Assembly (NCBI GenBank): GCA_963769765.1
Contig: CAVYNA010000004.1
Coordinates: 346,373 to 410,372, forward strand
Direction of reading: 5' to 3'
Source: an uncultured Acidimicrobiaceae bacterium
GTDB taxonomy: Bacteria > Actinomycetota > Acidimicrobiia > Acidimicrobiales > RAAP-2
DNA: 64,000 nt
Positions 45,784-56,400 of this stretch are shown piece by piece. The notes beneath the pieces were generated by a model. That model searched no databases. It worked only from the letters and a program-made list of their open reading frames with translations, and was not told the DNA's origin. How positions within the stretch are numbered: position 1 is the stretch's first letter; every line of letters starts with the position of its first letter. The position numbers and the translations under genes were made by a program.

Positions 45784-46737
45784 TCACGGGCGACGCGGGA
45801 AGCGGCCGAAATCCGGTGCCCGGTGCTCCTGGAATGCGTTGCGGCCTTCCTGGCCCTCCTCGCTCATGTAGAAGAGCATGGTCGCGTCTCCGGCGAACTG
45901 CTGGAGGCCGGCGAGCCCGTCGTCCGCCGCGTGGAGTCCGCCTTTGAGCATGCGCAGGGCCAGTGGCGAGAGCGAGAGCATCTGGCGGCACCACGCGACC
46001 GTCTCGCGCTCGAGGTCGGCCAGCGGCACCACGGCGTTGACCAGGCCCCAGCCGAGAGCGGTCGCCGCGTCGTACTGGCGGCAGAGGAACCAGACCTCCT
46101 TCGCGCGCTTGAGGCCGACCGTGCGGGCGAGCAGGCTCGCTCCGTAGCCGCCGTCGAAACTACCGACCTTCGGCCCGGTCTGGCCGAAGCGGGCGTTGTC
46201 GGCGGCGATCGTGAGGTCGCAGACCAGATGGAGGATGTGCCCGCCCCCGATTGCGTACCCCGCCACCATCGCGACGACCGGCTTCGGGAGGCGACGGATC
46301 TGGACCTGCAGGTCCAGCACGTTCAGCCGGCCGATCCCTTGGCGAGCCACCTCGTCGTCGCCGAGGTAGCCGTCGTCTCCGCGGATCTTCTGGTCGCCTC
46401 CGGAGCAGAACGCGTCCGGACCCTCGCCGGTCAGGACCACCACGCCCACCCCGGGGTCGTCGCGGGCGACGGTCAACGCGTCCGCCAGCTCGAAGAGCGT
46501 CTGCGGTCGGAAGGCGTTGCGTACCTCGGGCCTCGCGATGGTCAGCTTCGCGATCCCCTCGGCGACGTCCATCCGGATGTCGCGGTAGGTCCCGTGCGGT
46601 TCCCACGCCGGCAGGGGGACGTCGCGGAAGCGCTCGACCGGGTCGTCGGGCGGACCGGTGACGACGGTGTCCTGTCCGGCGCGCACCGGCGTTCCGTCGC
46701 CCGCCCCTTCGCCACCACTCACCATGCGACCGTCCAC
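45784..46737 (-). CDS. menB: 1,4-dihydroxy-2-naphthoyl-CoA synthase
   Basis: ...[34 protein letters not shown]...[22 protein letters not shown]...[46 protein letters not shown]... Start at GTG 46737 or ATG 46725. Confidence 0.93.
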   Translation of the reverse strand: MDGRMVSGGEGAGDGTPVRAGQDTVVTGPPDDPVERFRDVPLPAWEPHGTYRDIRMDVAEGIAKLTIARPEVRNAFRPQTLFELADALTVARDDPGVGVVVLTGEGPDAFCSGGDQKIRGDDGYLGDDEVARQGIGRLNVLDLQVQIRRLPKPVVAMVAGYAIGGGHILHLVCDLTIAADNARFGQTGPKVGSFDGGYGASLLARTVGLKRAKEVWFLCRQYDAATALGWGLVNAVVPLADLERETVAWCRQMLSLSPLALRMLKGGLHAADDGLAGLQQFAGDATMLFYMSEEGQEGRNAFQEHRAPDFGRFPRRP

Positions 46738-46765
46738 TCCCGGGGTCGTTGTTCGGACGGTCGCC

Positions 46766-46772
46766 TACGCTA
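46766..46772. promoter_or_regulatory. overlapping divergent -10-like hexamers TACGCT (plus, menE) / TAGCGT (minus, menB)
   Basis: In cgccTACGCTAccgccATG, the plus-strand TACGCT lies 6 nt before the menE ATG 46778 (leaderless pattern). The complementary TAGCGT faces menB. Confidence 0.35.
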
Positions 46773-46777
46773 CCGCC

Positions 46778-47905
46778 ATGGCCGAGCTGGTAGCGCTCGA
46801 TCTCCCGGCCGGCCCCGGCTTCGTCGACGCACTGCGTGCTGCGTGGGATGCCGGCGACGCGGTGGTCCCGCTCGACCGGCGCCTGCCCCCGCCTGCCCTC
46901 CGGGCGGTGCTCGCCGCGATCCGTCCCACCCGCGTCGTCGACGAGGACGGAGCGAGGACGCTCCCTGACGGCACGGCGACCGAGCCGGGCGACGGTCTCG
47001 TCGTCGTCACGAGCGGCACCTCCGGATTACCCAAAGGGGCGGTGCTCACCCTCGAGGCGGTCGAGGCCTCGGCCCGGGCGGTCTCGGCACGCCTGGAGGT
47101 CGACTCCGATCGCGACCGTTGGGTCGCCTGCCTTCCGCTCTCGCACATCGGCGGTCTGTCCGTGGTGACGCGGGCACTCATGACCGGCACGCCCTGCACG
47201 GTGCTCGACGGGTTCGACCCAGCGGCGGTCGAGGACGCCGCCCGCGCCGGGGCAACGCTCGTCTCGCTGGTCACGACCGCCCTCCATCGCTGCGACGCGT
47301 CCGGGTACCGGTCCGTGCTCCTCGGTGGGGCCGCCCCGCCGTCGTCGGTCCCGAGCAACGTCATCGTCACGTACGGCATGACCGAGACCGGATCGGGTGT
47401 CGTCTACGACGGATACCCCCTCGACGGGGTCGAGGTACGGATCGGCGACGGCACGACCGGAGCGGAGGGCGAGGTGCTCCTTCGAGGGCCCATGCTTACG
47501 CGGGGCTACCGCGACGGCACCGACCCGCGTCTCCCTGGCAATTGGCTGGCGACCGGGGACGGGGGGACATTCGGACCCGACGGAAGGCTCACCGTGAGCG
47601 GACGGATCGCCGAGGTCATCGTGACCGGTGGCGAGAAGGTCTGGCCCGGACCGGTCGAGGCGGCACTCGCCACCCACCCCGCGGTCGCCGAGGTCGCCGT
47701 GTGGAAACGGCCCGATCCCGAGTGGGGCGAGCGGGTCGTGGCGTGGATCGTGCCCCGACCCGCTGCGGACCTGCCCGAGCTCTCCGAGCTGCGCGAGCTG
47801 GTCACGTTGCAGCTCGCGCCCTGGGCTGCCCCCCGTGAGCTGGTGGTCGTCGCCGCCCTGCCGCACACGACGAACGGCAAGGTGCGGCGCACCGAGCTGA
47901 GCTGA
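46778..47905 (+). CDS. menE: o-succinylbenzoate--CoA ligase
   Basis: MAELVALDLPAGPGFVDALRAAWDAGDAVVPLD...LVVVTSGTSGLPKGAVLT...YGMTETGSGVVYDG...TGDGGTFGPDGRLTVSGRIAEVIVTGGEKV...TTNGKVRR (short actinobacterial MenE type). Confidence 0.8.
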   Translation: MAELVALDLPAGPGFVDALRAAWDAGDAVVPLDRRLPPPALRAVLAAIRPTRVVDEDGARTLPDGTATEPGDGLVVVTSGTSGLPKGAVLTLEAVEASARAVSARLEVDSDRDRWVACLPLSHIGGLSVVTRALMTGTPCTVLDGFDPAAVEDAARAGATLVSLVTTALHRCDASGYRSVLLGGAAPPSSVPSNVIVTYGMTETGSGVVYDGYPLDGVEVRIGDGTTGAEGEVLLRGPMLTRGYRDGTDPRLPGNWLATGDGGTFGPDGRLTVSGRIAEVIVTGGEKVWPGPVEAALATHPAVAEVAVWKRPDPEWGERVVAWIVPRPAADLPELSELRELVTLQLAPWAAPRELVVVAALPHTTNGKVRRTELS

Positions 47906-47920
47906 CCCCGGACGGAGTGG

Positions 47921-48700
47921 TCAGCCGATGCCGCCGCTCGGCAGGCACCGCGCGCCGCCGTCGACGACGAGCGTCTCGCCGGTCACCCACGAGGCGGCGT
48001 CCGAGCAGAGGAACAGCGCCGCCGCGGCCACGTCGTCGGGCAGCCCGATCCGACGCAACGGGAGACGACGCGAGAGCGCCTCCTCCCCCGGCTCCCAGAG
48101 CGCACGGGCGAACTCGGTCTTGACCAGCCCGGGTGCGATCGCGTTGACCCGGACCGTCGGGCCCAGCTCACCGGCGAGCTGGCGTGTGAGGTGGATGACC
48201 GCGGCCTTGGTCACGTTGTACCAACCGATGCCGGCCTCGACGGTGAGGCCGCCGATCGAGGCGATGTTGAGGATCACGCCACCCCGCTCGGCCATGGCGG
48301 CCTGCCAGGCGGCGCGCGCCCACTCGAGGTATCCGGTCTGGTTGACCCGCACCGTCTTGTCGGCGCGGATCGAGTCGAGCTCGATGATCGGTCCGTAGTA
48401 GGGGTTGGTCGCAGCGTTGTTGACCAGGATGTCGAGCGAGCCGAACCGCTCGATGGTCGCCGCGGTGCACGCATCCGCCTGCTCCGCGTCACCCGCGTGC
48501 GCGACGCGGACGTCGACCCGCTCGCCCGGTACGCCGTGCCCGGCCGTGAGCTCCGCGGCCGCCAGTGCGAGCGCGTCTGCCTTGCGCGACGAGAGCATCA
48601 CCGACGCCCCGGCCTCGGCGAAGGCGGTCGCGATTGCGAGCCCGATCCCCCGCGACGCCCCGGTGACCAGTGCCGTCCTGCCGTCGAGTCGTAGCTCCAT
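47921..48700 (-). CDS. SDR-family oxidoreductase
   Basis: MELRLDGRTALVTGASRGIGLAIATAFAEAGASVMLSSR...LVNNAA...NIASIGG...YNVTKAAVIHLTRQLA...APGLVKT... Confidence 0.85.
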   Translation of the reverse strand: MELRLDGRTALVTGASRGIGLAIATAFAEAGASVMLSSRKADALALAAAELTAGHGVPGERVDVRVAHAGDAEQADACTAATIERFGSLDILVNNAATNPYYGPIIELDSIRADKTVRVNQTGYLEWARAAWQAAMAERGGVILNIASIGGLTVEAGIGWYNVTKAAVIHLTRQLAGELGPTVRVNAIAPGLVKTEFARALWEPGEEALSRRLPLRRIGLPDDVAAAALFLCSDAASWVTGETLVVDGGARCLPSGGIG

Positions 48701-48708
48701 GGGCGCCC

Positions 48709-48714
48709 ACCCTA
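48709..48714 (-). promoter_or_regulatory. -10-like TAGGGT, 8 nt before the SDR ATG 48700; candidate leaderless promoter
   Basis: The minus strand reads ...gctgtcTAGGGTgggcgcccATG. Confidence 0.3.
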
Positions 48715-48776
48715 GACAGCCCTGCCCGGCACGCGGCCGTCCACGGCGGGCCGGCACCGCGCCGGTGACGACCACC

Positions 48777-48782
48777 TAGCAT
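48777..48782 (+). promoter_or_regulatory. -10-like TAGCAT, 7 nt before GTG 48790; candidate leaderless promoter
   Basis: The sequence is ...accaccTAGCATcggcgcgGTG. Confidence 0.35.
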
Positions 48783-48789
48783 CGGCGCG

Positions 48790-50823
48790 GTGAACCGGCT
48801 GGCCGACGAGACCTCGCCCTATCTGCGCCAGCATGCGGACAATCCCGTCGACTGGTATCCCTGGGGCGACGAGGCGTTCGAGCGCGCACGTGACGAGGAC
48901 CGCCCCGTCTTCCTCTCGATCGGCTACTCGTCGTGCCACTGGTGCCACGTGATGGCGCACGAGTCCTTCGAGGACCCGGCGGTCGCCGAGGTGCTCAACA
49001 CGTCGTTCGTCGCGATCAAAGTCGACCGCGAGGAACGGCCCGACGTCGACGCGGTCTACATGGACGCAGTCGTCTCGCTGACCGGCTCGGGCGGATGGCC
49101 GATGAGCGTCTTCCTCACCCCCGACCGCCGCCCGTTCTACGGCGGCACGTACTTCCCGCCGACCGACCGCGGAACGACGCCCTCGTTCCGGACGGTCCTC
49201 GCGGCGCTCTCCGACGTATGGGCACACCAACGGGCCGACGTCGAGACCCAGGCCGAGCAGCTCGCGGCGGCGATCACCGAGCACGCGGTCGTCCCCGACG
49301 GTGCCGGCCTGCTGGCCGACCTCTCCGGCGACGCCGGCCGCGAGGCTGTCGACGAGATGCTCGAGCGGGCGCTCGTCGACCTCGGGAGACGGTTCGACCC
49401 GGTCTGGGGCGGATTCGGCGGACCGCCGAAATTTCCCCAACCGGTCCTCTGCGACCTTGCGCTCCTCGGTGCGCAGCGCCGGCGCGGAACAGAGTCCGGC
49501 GACCGCATGGCCGCGATGGCGGTCCGCACCCTCGACGCGATGGCGGCGGGCGGCATTCACGACCACCTCGGCGGCGGGTTCTCGCGGTATTCCACCGACC
49601 GTCGGTGGCGGGTGCCCCACTTCGAGAAGATGCTCTACGACCAGGCCGGCCTCCTGCGCGCCTTCCTCCACGGCTGGCAGGTCACCGGACGACCCGACCA
49701 CCTCCGCGTGGTCACCACGATCGCGGCGTACGTGGCGAGCGACCTCACCACGCCCGAAGGTGGTGTCTGTTCGGCCGAGGACGCGGACTCGATCGACGGC
49801 GAGGGCACCTTCTACGCCTGGACGCCCGATTCGCTCGCCGCGACACTCGGCGAGCTCGGGTCGGTCGCCGAGGTCGCCGATTTCTTCGGCGTCACGCAGG
49901 AGGCCGACTTCGAGGCGGGGTCGGTGCTCCACCGACCGGTCGGCGAGCCGCTCACGGGTTCGAAGGCGGTCGAGTCCGCACGCGAGGTCCTCGCTGCCTC
50001 CAGGGCGGTCCGGCCCCGACCCACTCTCGACGACAAGGTCCTGACCGAGTGGAACGCGATGTACGCGGCCGCGCTGGCGGAGGCGGCCGCGGCCACCGGC
50101 GAGGAGACGTGGGCGGGCGCCGCAGTGGCGATCGGCGAGTTCCTCTGGTCCCACTCGCGGGCTCCTGACGGTCGGTGGCTCCGGAGCTGGCAACGGGGCC
50201 GCGGCGCGCGTCACCTGGCGTGCGCAGGGGACTATGCCTGGTTGGTCGATTGCTTCACCCGGCTCGGCGAGCTGACCGGCGAGGCCCGCTGGACCTCTTG
50301 CGCGACCGAGACGGCGGACGGCCTGCTCTTGCACTTCGCGGACCGCGAGCACGGCGGGTTCTTCACGACGGGTGACGACGCCGAAGTGCTCATCGTGCGC
50401 CAGCTCGACCTCACCGACGGCGCGACCGCTTCGGCCAACGGCGTCGCCGCGCGCTCCCTCGCCCGGCTCGCCGCCTTAACGGGAGAGGACCGGTACTGCG
50501 ACGCCGCCGCCGGGGTCGTCCGACGCTCCGGCGACCTGCTCGCACGCCACCCGACGGCGGTCGCCGAGACCCTTCTCGCCGCGGACCTGCTCGCCGGTGG
50601 GACCACGGAGGTGGTCGTCGTCGGCGACCGCCCGGACCTGCTCGCGACCGTCCGTCGCCGGTGGCTGCCCGGCGCGGTCGTCGCCTGGGGAGAGCCGACC
50701 ACCTCCCCGCTCTGGCACGACCGGATCGCCGGCGCGGCCTATGTCTGTCACGACCATGTCTGCGAGCTCCCCGCGACCGATCCCGTCGTACTCGCCGGGC
50801 AGCTCGACGCGCGCGTCCTGTGA
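48790..50823 (+). CDS. thioredoxin-domain protein (DUF255/YyaL-like, with C-terminal alpha-toroid domain)
   Basis: [91 protein letters not shown]... (677 aa). Confidence 0.88.
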   Translation: MNRLADETSPYLRQHADNPVDWYPWGDEAFERARDEDRPVFLSIGYSSCHWCHVMAHESFEDPAVAEVLNTSFVAIKVDREERPDVDAVYMDAVVSLTGSGGWPMSVFLTPDRRPFYGGTYFPPTDRGTTPSFRTVLAALSDVWAHQRADVETQAEQLAAAITEHAVVPDGAGLLADLSGDAGREAVDEMLERALVDLGRRFDPVWGGFGGPPKFPQPVLCDLALLGAQRRRGTESGDRMAAMAVRTLDAMAAGGIHDHLGGGFSRYSTDRRWRVPHFEKMLYDQAGLLRAFLHGWQVTGRPDHLRVVTTIAAYVASDLTTPEGGVCSAEDADSIDGEGTFYAWTPDSLAATLGELGSVAEVADFFGVTQEADFEAGSVLHRPVGEPLTGSKAVESAREVLAASRAVRPRPTLDDKVLTEWNAMYAAALAEAAAATGEETWAGAAVAIGEFLWSHSRAPDGRWLRSWQRGRGARHLACAGDYAWLVDCFTRLGELTGEARWTSCATETADGLLLHFADREHGGFFTTGDDAEVLIVRQLDLTDGATASANGVAARSLARLAALTGEDRYCDAAAGVVRRSGDLLARHPTAVAETLLAADLLAGGTTEVVVVGDRPDLLATVRRRWLPGAVVAWGEPTTSPLWHDRIAGAAYVCHDHVCELPATDPVVLAGQLDARVL

Positions 50824-51542
50824 GCGCCAAGTCCTCGCGGACCCCACGCGGCGGGACTGCCCGCGAGGTTGCGCGGTCGGTCAAGCACCACCCGCGGATC
50901 GACGTGGTCGGGGGTACGTCCCTGACCCTGCTCGTGCTCTCCTGCCACCTCGAGGACACCACCGGGATCGATCTCGCCTCGGGTGCGCTCGTCCGTGTCC
51001 GGGTCACCTGGCCGGACGATCACGGTCCCGACCTCGACCCCTTCGACGTGGTCGAGGTCCAGCTCGCCGAGGAGCCCGAGCGGGACGACCTCGCCCAACC
51101 CGAGGCGGTCACCGCCGACGGCCTGCCGCGCCACCTCGGTACCCTGCACGGACGGAAGGTGCGCCGACTGCTCCACCAGCTCGTCGCCCCTGCGGAGGAG
51201 CATGTGCTCGGCTTCCCGGGCGCCTCGGCGCCGTACTGGGAGTTCCGTGGGTTCCGTCCGTCCCTTGCCCTCATCGTGCCGTCCAAGGGCCCGGTGCTCT
51301 TCCGCCGGGTGGCCGACCGGTCGGTCTGGGCGCGCTTCGGTTGGGGACGGACCGACAACTGGCTCCCGCTCGAGGACCCGCGGACCGAGCGCGCCCTCGA
51401 CATCGCGCGCCGCGACCGGCTTGCCGGCAAGGATCTCGCCGCCGCGCTCGGCTTCAAGCCCCACTATCTCGTCGCGGCGGTCTCGACGCCCCGCGAGGGC
51501 CACTGCTACAAGACGGTGCGCGCCCTCCTCCCGCGCGGCTGA
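50820..51542 (+). CDS. hypothetical protein (240 aa), translationally coupled to the DUF255 gene
   Basis: GTG 50820 overlaps the upstream TGA (GTGA). The sequence ...[42 protein letters not shown]...[18 protein letters not shown]...[12 protein letters not shown] has ordinary composition. No family recognised. Confidence 0.5.
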   Translation: MSAKSSRTPRGGTAREVARSVKHHPRIDVVGGTSLTLLVLSCHLEDTTGIDLASGALVRVRVTWPDDHGPDLDPFDVVEVQLAEEPERDDLAQPEAVTADGLPRHLGTLHGRKVRRLLHQLVAPAEEHVLGFPGASAPYWEFRGFRPSLALIVPSKGPVLFRRVADRSVWARFGWGRTDNWLPLEDPRTERALDIARRDRLAGKDLAAALGFKPHYLVAAVSTPREGHCYKTVRALLPRG

Positions 51543-51579
51543 GCCCGGGCGTGGGCCCGCTCGCCTACAGTCGACGGCG

Positions 51580-52749
51580 GTGACCGTCCCCGCCTCCTTC
51601 CCCACCCCGGTCTCGGTCGACCCGGTCCTGCCCGATTACGGTTCCGCCTGCATCGCGAACCTCGTGGGGGCGCTCGTCGGGCGGCGTGCGTCCGACGCGG
51701 ACGGTCACGCCTGGCTTCCTGCGCTCACCTCTGATGCCGAGCAGATCGTGCTGCTGGTGCTCGACGGACTCGGGTGGGAGCAACTGCGTGCGCGTCCGGG
51801 CCTCGCACCAACGCTCCAGTCCGCCCAGGGGATCGAGCGGCCGATCACCTCCGTCGCGCCGACCACGACAGCGACCGCGCTCACCTCGCTCACCACTGGT
51901 CGGAGGCCCAGCGAGCACGGGATCTTCGGGTATCGCGTGGCGGTCGACGGCGACGTCCTCAACGTCCTGCGCTGGACGCTCGGCAGCTGGCGTCCCCGCG
52001 ATGCCCGCCGCATCGTGCCGGCCGCCGACTTCCAGCACTTCCCGCCCTTCGAGGGAAACCCCGGTCCCACACCGGTCGTCTCCAAGGACGAGTTCGGGGG
52101 CACAGGGTTCACCGCCGCCCACCTCGGTGACTCACCGCTGCACGGCTACAAGGTGCTCTCCTCGCTGCCGGTGACCGTCGCCTCCCTCCTCGAGCAGGGT
52201 GAGCCGTTCGTGTACGCCTACTACGACGGGATCGACCGCGTCGCCCACGCCAACGGTCTCGGCGAGCTCTACGACGCCGAGCTGCGAGCGGTCGACCGAC
52301 TGGTCGCCGACCTCGCGGGCGTCCTGCCGCCGGGGGCCGTGCTCGTCGTGACCGCCGACCACGGCCAGATCGACATCGGACCGAATGTCGAGCTCCTCGG
52401 TCGCGAGCTGATGGCCGGAACCAGCTTCCTCTCGGGCGAGGGGAGGTTCCGCTGGCTCCACGCGGTCGAAGGGGCCGAGGCCGACCTCATCGAGTGCGCT
52501 GCGGAGACCTACGCGGCAACGACGTGGGTCAAAGCGCGCGACGAGCTCGTCGACGACGGTTGGCTCGGCGGGCCGCCGGCCGACCGGCTCCTCGCCCGCC
52601 TGGGCGACGTGGCACTGATCCCCCACGCGCCGATCGCGTTCTTGGATCCGGCCGACACCGGCGAGAGCCGGCTCGCCGCGCGCCACGGGTCCCTCACGGT
52701 CGATGAGATGCTGGTTCCGCTCGTCGCCCTCGGAAGGAGCTCACCGTGA
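51580..52749 (+). CDS. alkaline-phosphatase-superfamily protein (nucleotide pyrophosphatase/phosphodiesterase-like), cytoplasmic
   Basis: ...IVLLVLDGLGWEQLRARPG...ITSVAPTTTATALTSLTTGRRPSEHGIFGY...YAYYDGIDRVAHANG...VVTADHGQID... carries AP-superfamily metal/nucleophile motifs. No signal peptide. The start is set at GTG 51580. Confidence 0.7.
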   Translation: MTVPASFPTPVSVDPVLPDYGSACIANLVGALVGRRASDADGHAWLPALTSDAEQIVLLVLDGLGWEQLRARPGLAPTLQSAQGIERPITSVAPTTTATALTSLTTGRRPSEHGIFGYRVAVDGDVLNVLRWTLGSWRPRDARRIVPAADFQHFPPFEGNPGPTPVVSKDEFGGTGFTAAHLGDSPLHGYKVLSSLPVTVASLLEQGEPFVYAYYDGIDRVAHANGLGELYDAELRAVDRLVADLAGVLPPGAVLVVTADHGQIDIGPNVELLGRELMAGTSFLSGEGRFRWLHAVEGAEADLIECAAETYAATTWVKARDELVDDGWLGGPPADRLLARLGDVALIPHAPIAFLDPADTGESRLAARHGSLTVDEMLVPLVALGRSSP

Positions 52750-53300
52750 CGCAACAAGGCAACGCCGGCGCCGACGGGCCGCTCCGGCCCGAGGTCGTCG
52801 ATGGCCGCCCCCCGGTCGCGCTCCCGGTCTCCGGTCCTCCCGGGTCCACGGACGCAGACCAGGTGCTCGGGGGACCCGAAGGCGAGGAGGAGAGCGAGAA
52901 CGAGTCCATCGAACGGCCGGCCAAGCTGCTCCGGATCGGTTCGATGGTCAAGCAGCTTCTCGAGGAGGTGCGCCAGGCGCCCCTCGACGAGGCGAGTCGG
53001 GGCCGACTCCGGGAGATCTACGAGCAGTCCATCCGAGAGCTCGCCGACGGCCTCTCCCCCGATCTCGCCGCCGAGCTGGACCGGATCTCGATCCCGTTCG
53101 ACTCGCCGGTCCCCTCCGAGGCCGAGCTGCGGGTCGCCCATGCCCAGCTGGTCGGGTGGCTCGAGGGTCTCTTCCACGGCATCCAGGCCACCCTCGTGGC
53201 CCAACAGGTCGCCGCCCGCGCACAGCTCGACGAGATGCGCCAGCGGTCGCTCACGAGCGGACCGGATCCGACCTCGGGCCGGCCGGGCACCTACCTCTGA
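52746..53300 (+). CDS. bpa: bacterial proteasome activator Bpa/PafE family
   Basis: ...ERPAKLLRIGSMVKQLLEEVRQAPLDEASRGRLREIYEQSIRELADGLSPDLAAELDRISIPFDSPVPSEAELRVAHAQLVGWLEGLFHGIQATLVAQQVAARAQL... ending in GTYL (M. tuberculosis Bpa ends GQYL). The GTG overlaps the upstream TGA (GTGA). Confidence 0.85.
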   Translation: MTQQGNAGADGPLRPEVVDGRPPVALPVSGPPGSTDADQVLGGPEGEEESENESIERPAKLLRIGSMVKQLLEEVRQAPLDEASRGRLREIYEQSIRELADGLSPDLAAELDRISIPFDSPVPSEAELRVAHAQLVGWLEGLFHGIQATLVAQQVAARAQLDEMRQRSLTSGPDPTSGRPGTYL

Positions 53301-53386
53301 CCCTCCGGGTCGGGCGGCACCCGCCACGGTCTGACCTGACCGCTCCGAGTCGGATCCGACGGCTCTCCCGCCGCGCAGCGGCGCGC

Positions 53387-53392
53387 TAGGGT
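53387..53392 (+). promoter_or_regulatory. -10-like TAGGGT upstream of dnaE
   Basis: ...gcgcgcTAGGGTcggaatcac... lies about 75 nt before the dnaE TTG, which has AGGAGGAA 12 nt upstream. The -35 is poor. Confidence 0.25.
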
Positions 53393-53467
53393 CGGAATCA
53401 CATCACTGTCGTTCACCGGCGATGCCGTCGCCCCCGCCGCGGCGGCGCAGGAGGAACCCCGAAACCG

Positions 53468-56400
53468 TTGGGCACCCGCTCGTTCGCACACCTCCACACC
53501 CACACCGAGTTCTCGATGCTGGACGGCGCCGCCCGGATCGGAGAGCTCGTCGAGGCCGCCGTCGCCGACGGCCAGCCGGCGCTCGGGATCACCGATCACG
53601 GGAACATGTATGGGGTCCTCGACTTCTACGCCGCTTGCCGCGACGCGGGCGTCAACCCGGTCATCGGCACCGAGGCCTACATGGCCGCGGAGTCGCGCCA
53701 CGAGCGCCCGGTGCGCCGGGGAAAGCTCGACGACACCGGCGGCGACGTGGCCGGGGGCGAGAAGCTCTACTACCACCTCACGCTCCTGGCCGAGTCGGAC
53801 GAGGGCTACCGCAACCTCCTCAAGCTCTCCTCTGCCGCGTACCTCGAGGGCTACTACTACAAGCCGCGCCTCGATTGGGAGCTGCTGGCCCGGCACAGCT
53901 CCGGGCTGATCGCGACGACCGGCTGTCTCGGTGGCGTGGTGCTCCAGGCGCTCCTCGCCGACGACCGCCTCAAAGCGGAAACCCTGGCCGGACGCCTCCA
54001 GGACATCTTCGGCCGCGACAACCTCTTCGTCGAGGTCCAAGATCACGGGCTCCCCGAACAGCACAAGACGAATCCCGCGCTCGTGGAGATCGCACGCAAG
54101 CTCGGTGCGCCGCTGCTCGCCACCAACGACAGCCACTACACCCACCGCGAGGACCACGTCGCGCACGACGCACTTCTCTGCGTGCAGACCGGGGCGCTCA
54201 TCGACGACCCGAAGCGGTTCAAATTCGAGGGCGAGGAGCACTATCTGAAGTCGGCGGCCGAGATGCGCCACCTCTTCACCGAACTGCCCGAGGCCTGCGA
54301 CAACACGCTGCTCATCGCGGAGCGGGCCTCCGTCACGATCGACTTCGGCAGACCGAGCCTGCCGCGATTTCCGGTGCCGGACGGCTTCGAGGGTGCGACC
54401 TACGAGGGGCGCGCCACCTCGTACCTCCGTGAGCTCAGCATCGAGGGAGCGAAGGAGCGGTACGGCGCGCCACTGCCCGCGGACGTCATGACGAGGCTCG
54501 ACTACGAGCTCGGGGTCATCGCGGAGATGGGCTTCGCCGCCTACTTCCTCGTGGTCTGGGACCTCATCCGGTATGCGCGCTCACGCGGGATCAGGGTCGG
54601 CCCGGGGCGCGGCTCGGCGGCCGGCTGCTGTGTGGCCTACTGCCTTCGCATCGTCGACCTCGATCCCATCCGGTACGACCTCCTCTTCGAACGGTTCTTG
54701 AACCCCGGCCGCGTCCAGATGCCCGACATCGACATGGATTTCGACGAGCGCTACCGCGGCGAGATGATCCGGTACGCCGCGGAGCGCTACGGCTCGGACC
54801 ACGTCGCGCAGATCGTCACGTTCTCGACGATCAAGGCCCGGGCCGCCGTGCGGGACGCTTCCCGGGTGCTCGGCTTTCCCTATGTCGTCGGTGACCGCAT
54901 CGCGAAGGCCATGCCGCCGCTGCTGATGGGTCGCGACACGCCGCTCGCCGCGTGCCTCACCAGGACCGAGGGCATGGAGGACGGCTACGCGGCCGCGGCC
55001 GAGCTCCGCACCATGTACGAGACCGATCCCGAGGCCAAGCGGGTCATCGACGTGGCCAAGGGTCTCGAGGGCCTCCGCCGTCAAGACGGGATCCACGCCG
55101 CGGCGGTGGTCATCACCGACCAGCCGCTCACCGAGTACGTGCCGATCCAGCGCAAGCCGGACGGCGCCAATCCCGAGGACGCCCCGGTGGTCACCCAGTA
55201 CGAGATGCACGGGGTCGAGGATCTGGGCCTGCTCAAGATGGACTTCCTCGGGCTGCGCAACCTCTCGGTGATCGAACGGACCCTCGACCTCATCGAGCAC
55301 ATCACCGGGCGGCGGCCGGACATCGACCGCATCCCGCTCGACGACCCGGCCACCTACGAGATGCTCCAGCACGGCGACTCGATGGGCGTCTTCCAGCTCG
55401 AGGGCGGCCCCATGCGCTCGTTGATGCGGTCGCTCGCACCCACCTGCTTCGACGACGTCGCCGCGCTCGTCGCCCTCTACCGCCCAGGGCCGATGGCGGC
55501 CAACATGCACCGCGACTATGCCGACCGGAAGAACGGGCGCCAGCGGGTCACCTACCTCCACCCCGACCTCGAGGAGATCCTCGCCGACACCTACGGGCTC
55601 ATGATCTACCAGGAGTCGGTGATGCGGGTGGCCCAGAAGTTCGCCGGCTACACGCTCGCCGAGGCGGACAACCTCCGGAAGGCCTGCGGCAAGAAGATCC
55701 GCTCGCTGATCCAGGCCGAGCGCGAGAAGTTCGTCGAAGGTTGCGTCGCACAGGGATATGGGGAACCGCTCGGGACTGCGCTCTTCGACATCATCGAGCC
55801 CTTCGCCGACTACGCGTTCAACAAGTCGCACTCCTACGGCTACGGGTACATCGCCTATCAGACGGCGTGGCTCAAGGCGCACCACCCCGTCGAGTACCTG
55901 GCGAGCCTGCTCACGTCGGTGAAGGACAACAAGGACAAGACCGCCGTCTACCTCGCCGAGTGCCGCGCGCTCGGGATCGAGGTCCTCGTCCCCGACGTGA
56001 ACCGCTCGCTCTCGGAATTCGCTCCCGACCCGACCGGTGGCTCGGGGACCGCCCGTCAAGGCGCGGGCCGCGGTGCGATCACCTTCGGGCTCGCAGCCGT
56101 GCGCAACGTCGGCGAGGGCCTCGTTGCCCACATCGTGGCCGAGCGGGAACGCAACGGGCCCTTCACCGACTTCTACGACTTCTGCCAGCGAGTCGACCCC
56201 CAGGTCCTCAACAAGCGGACCATCGAGTCGCTGATCAAGGCGGGCGCCTTCGACTCGCTGGGCCACCCCCGCCAAGGTCTCTGCCTCGTCTTCGAGGAGA
56301 TCGTCGACCGCACGCTCGAGCGACGACGCGAGCACGAAGCCGGGGTCGTCTCGCTGTTCGCCTCGCTCGAACCGGTCACCGACGGCGGCGCCGGCGGTTT

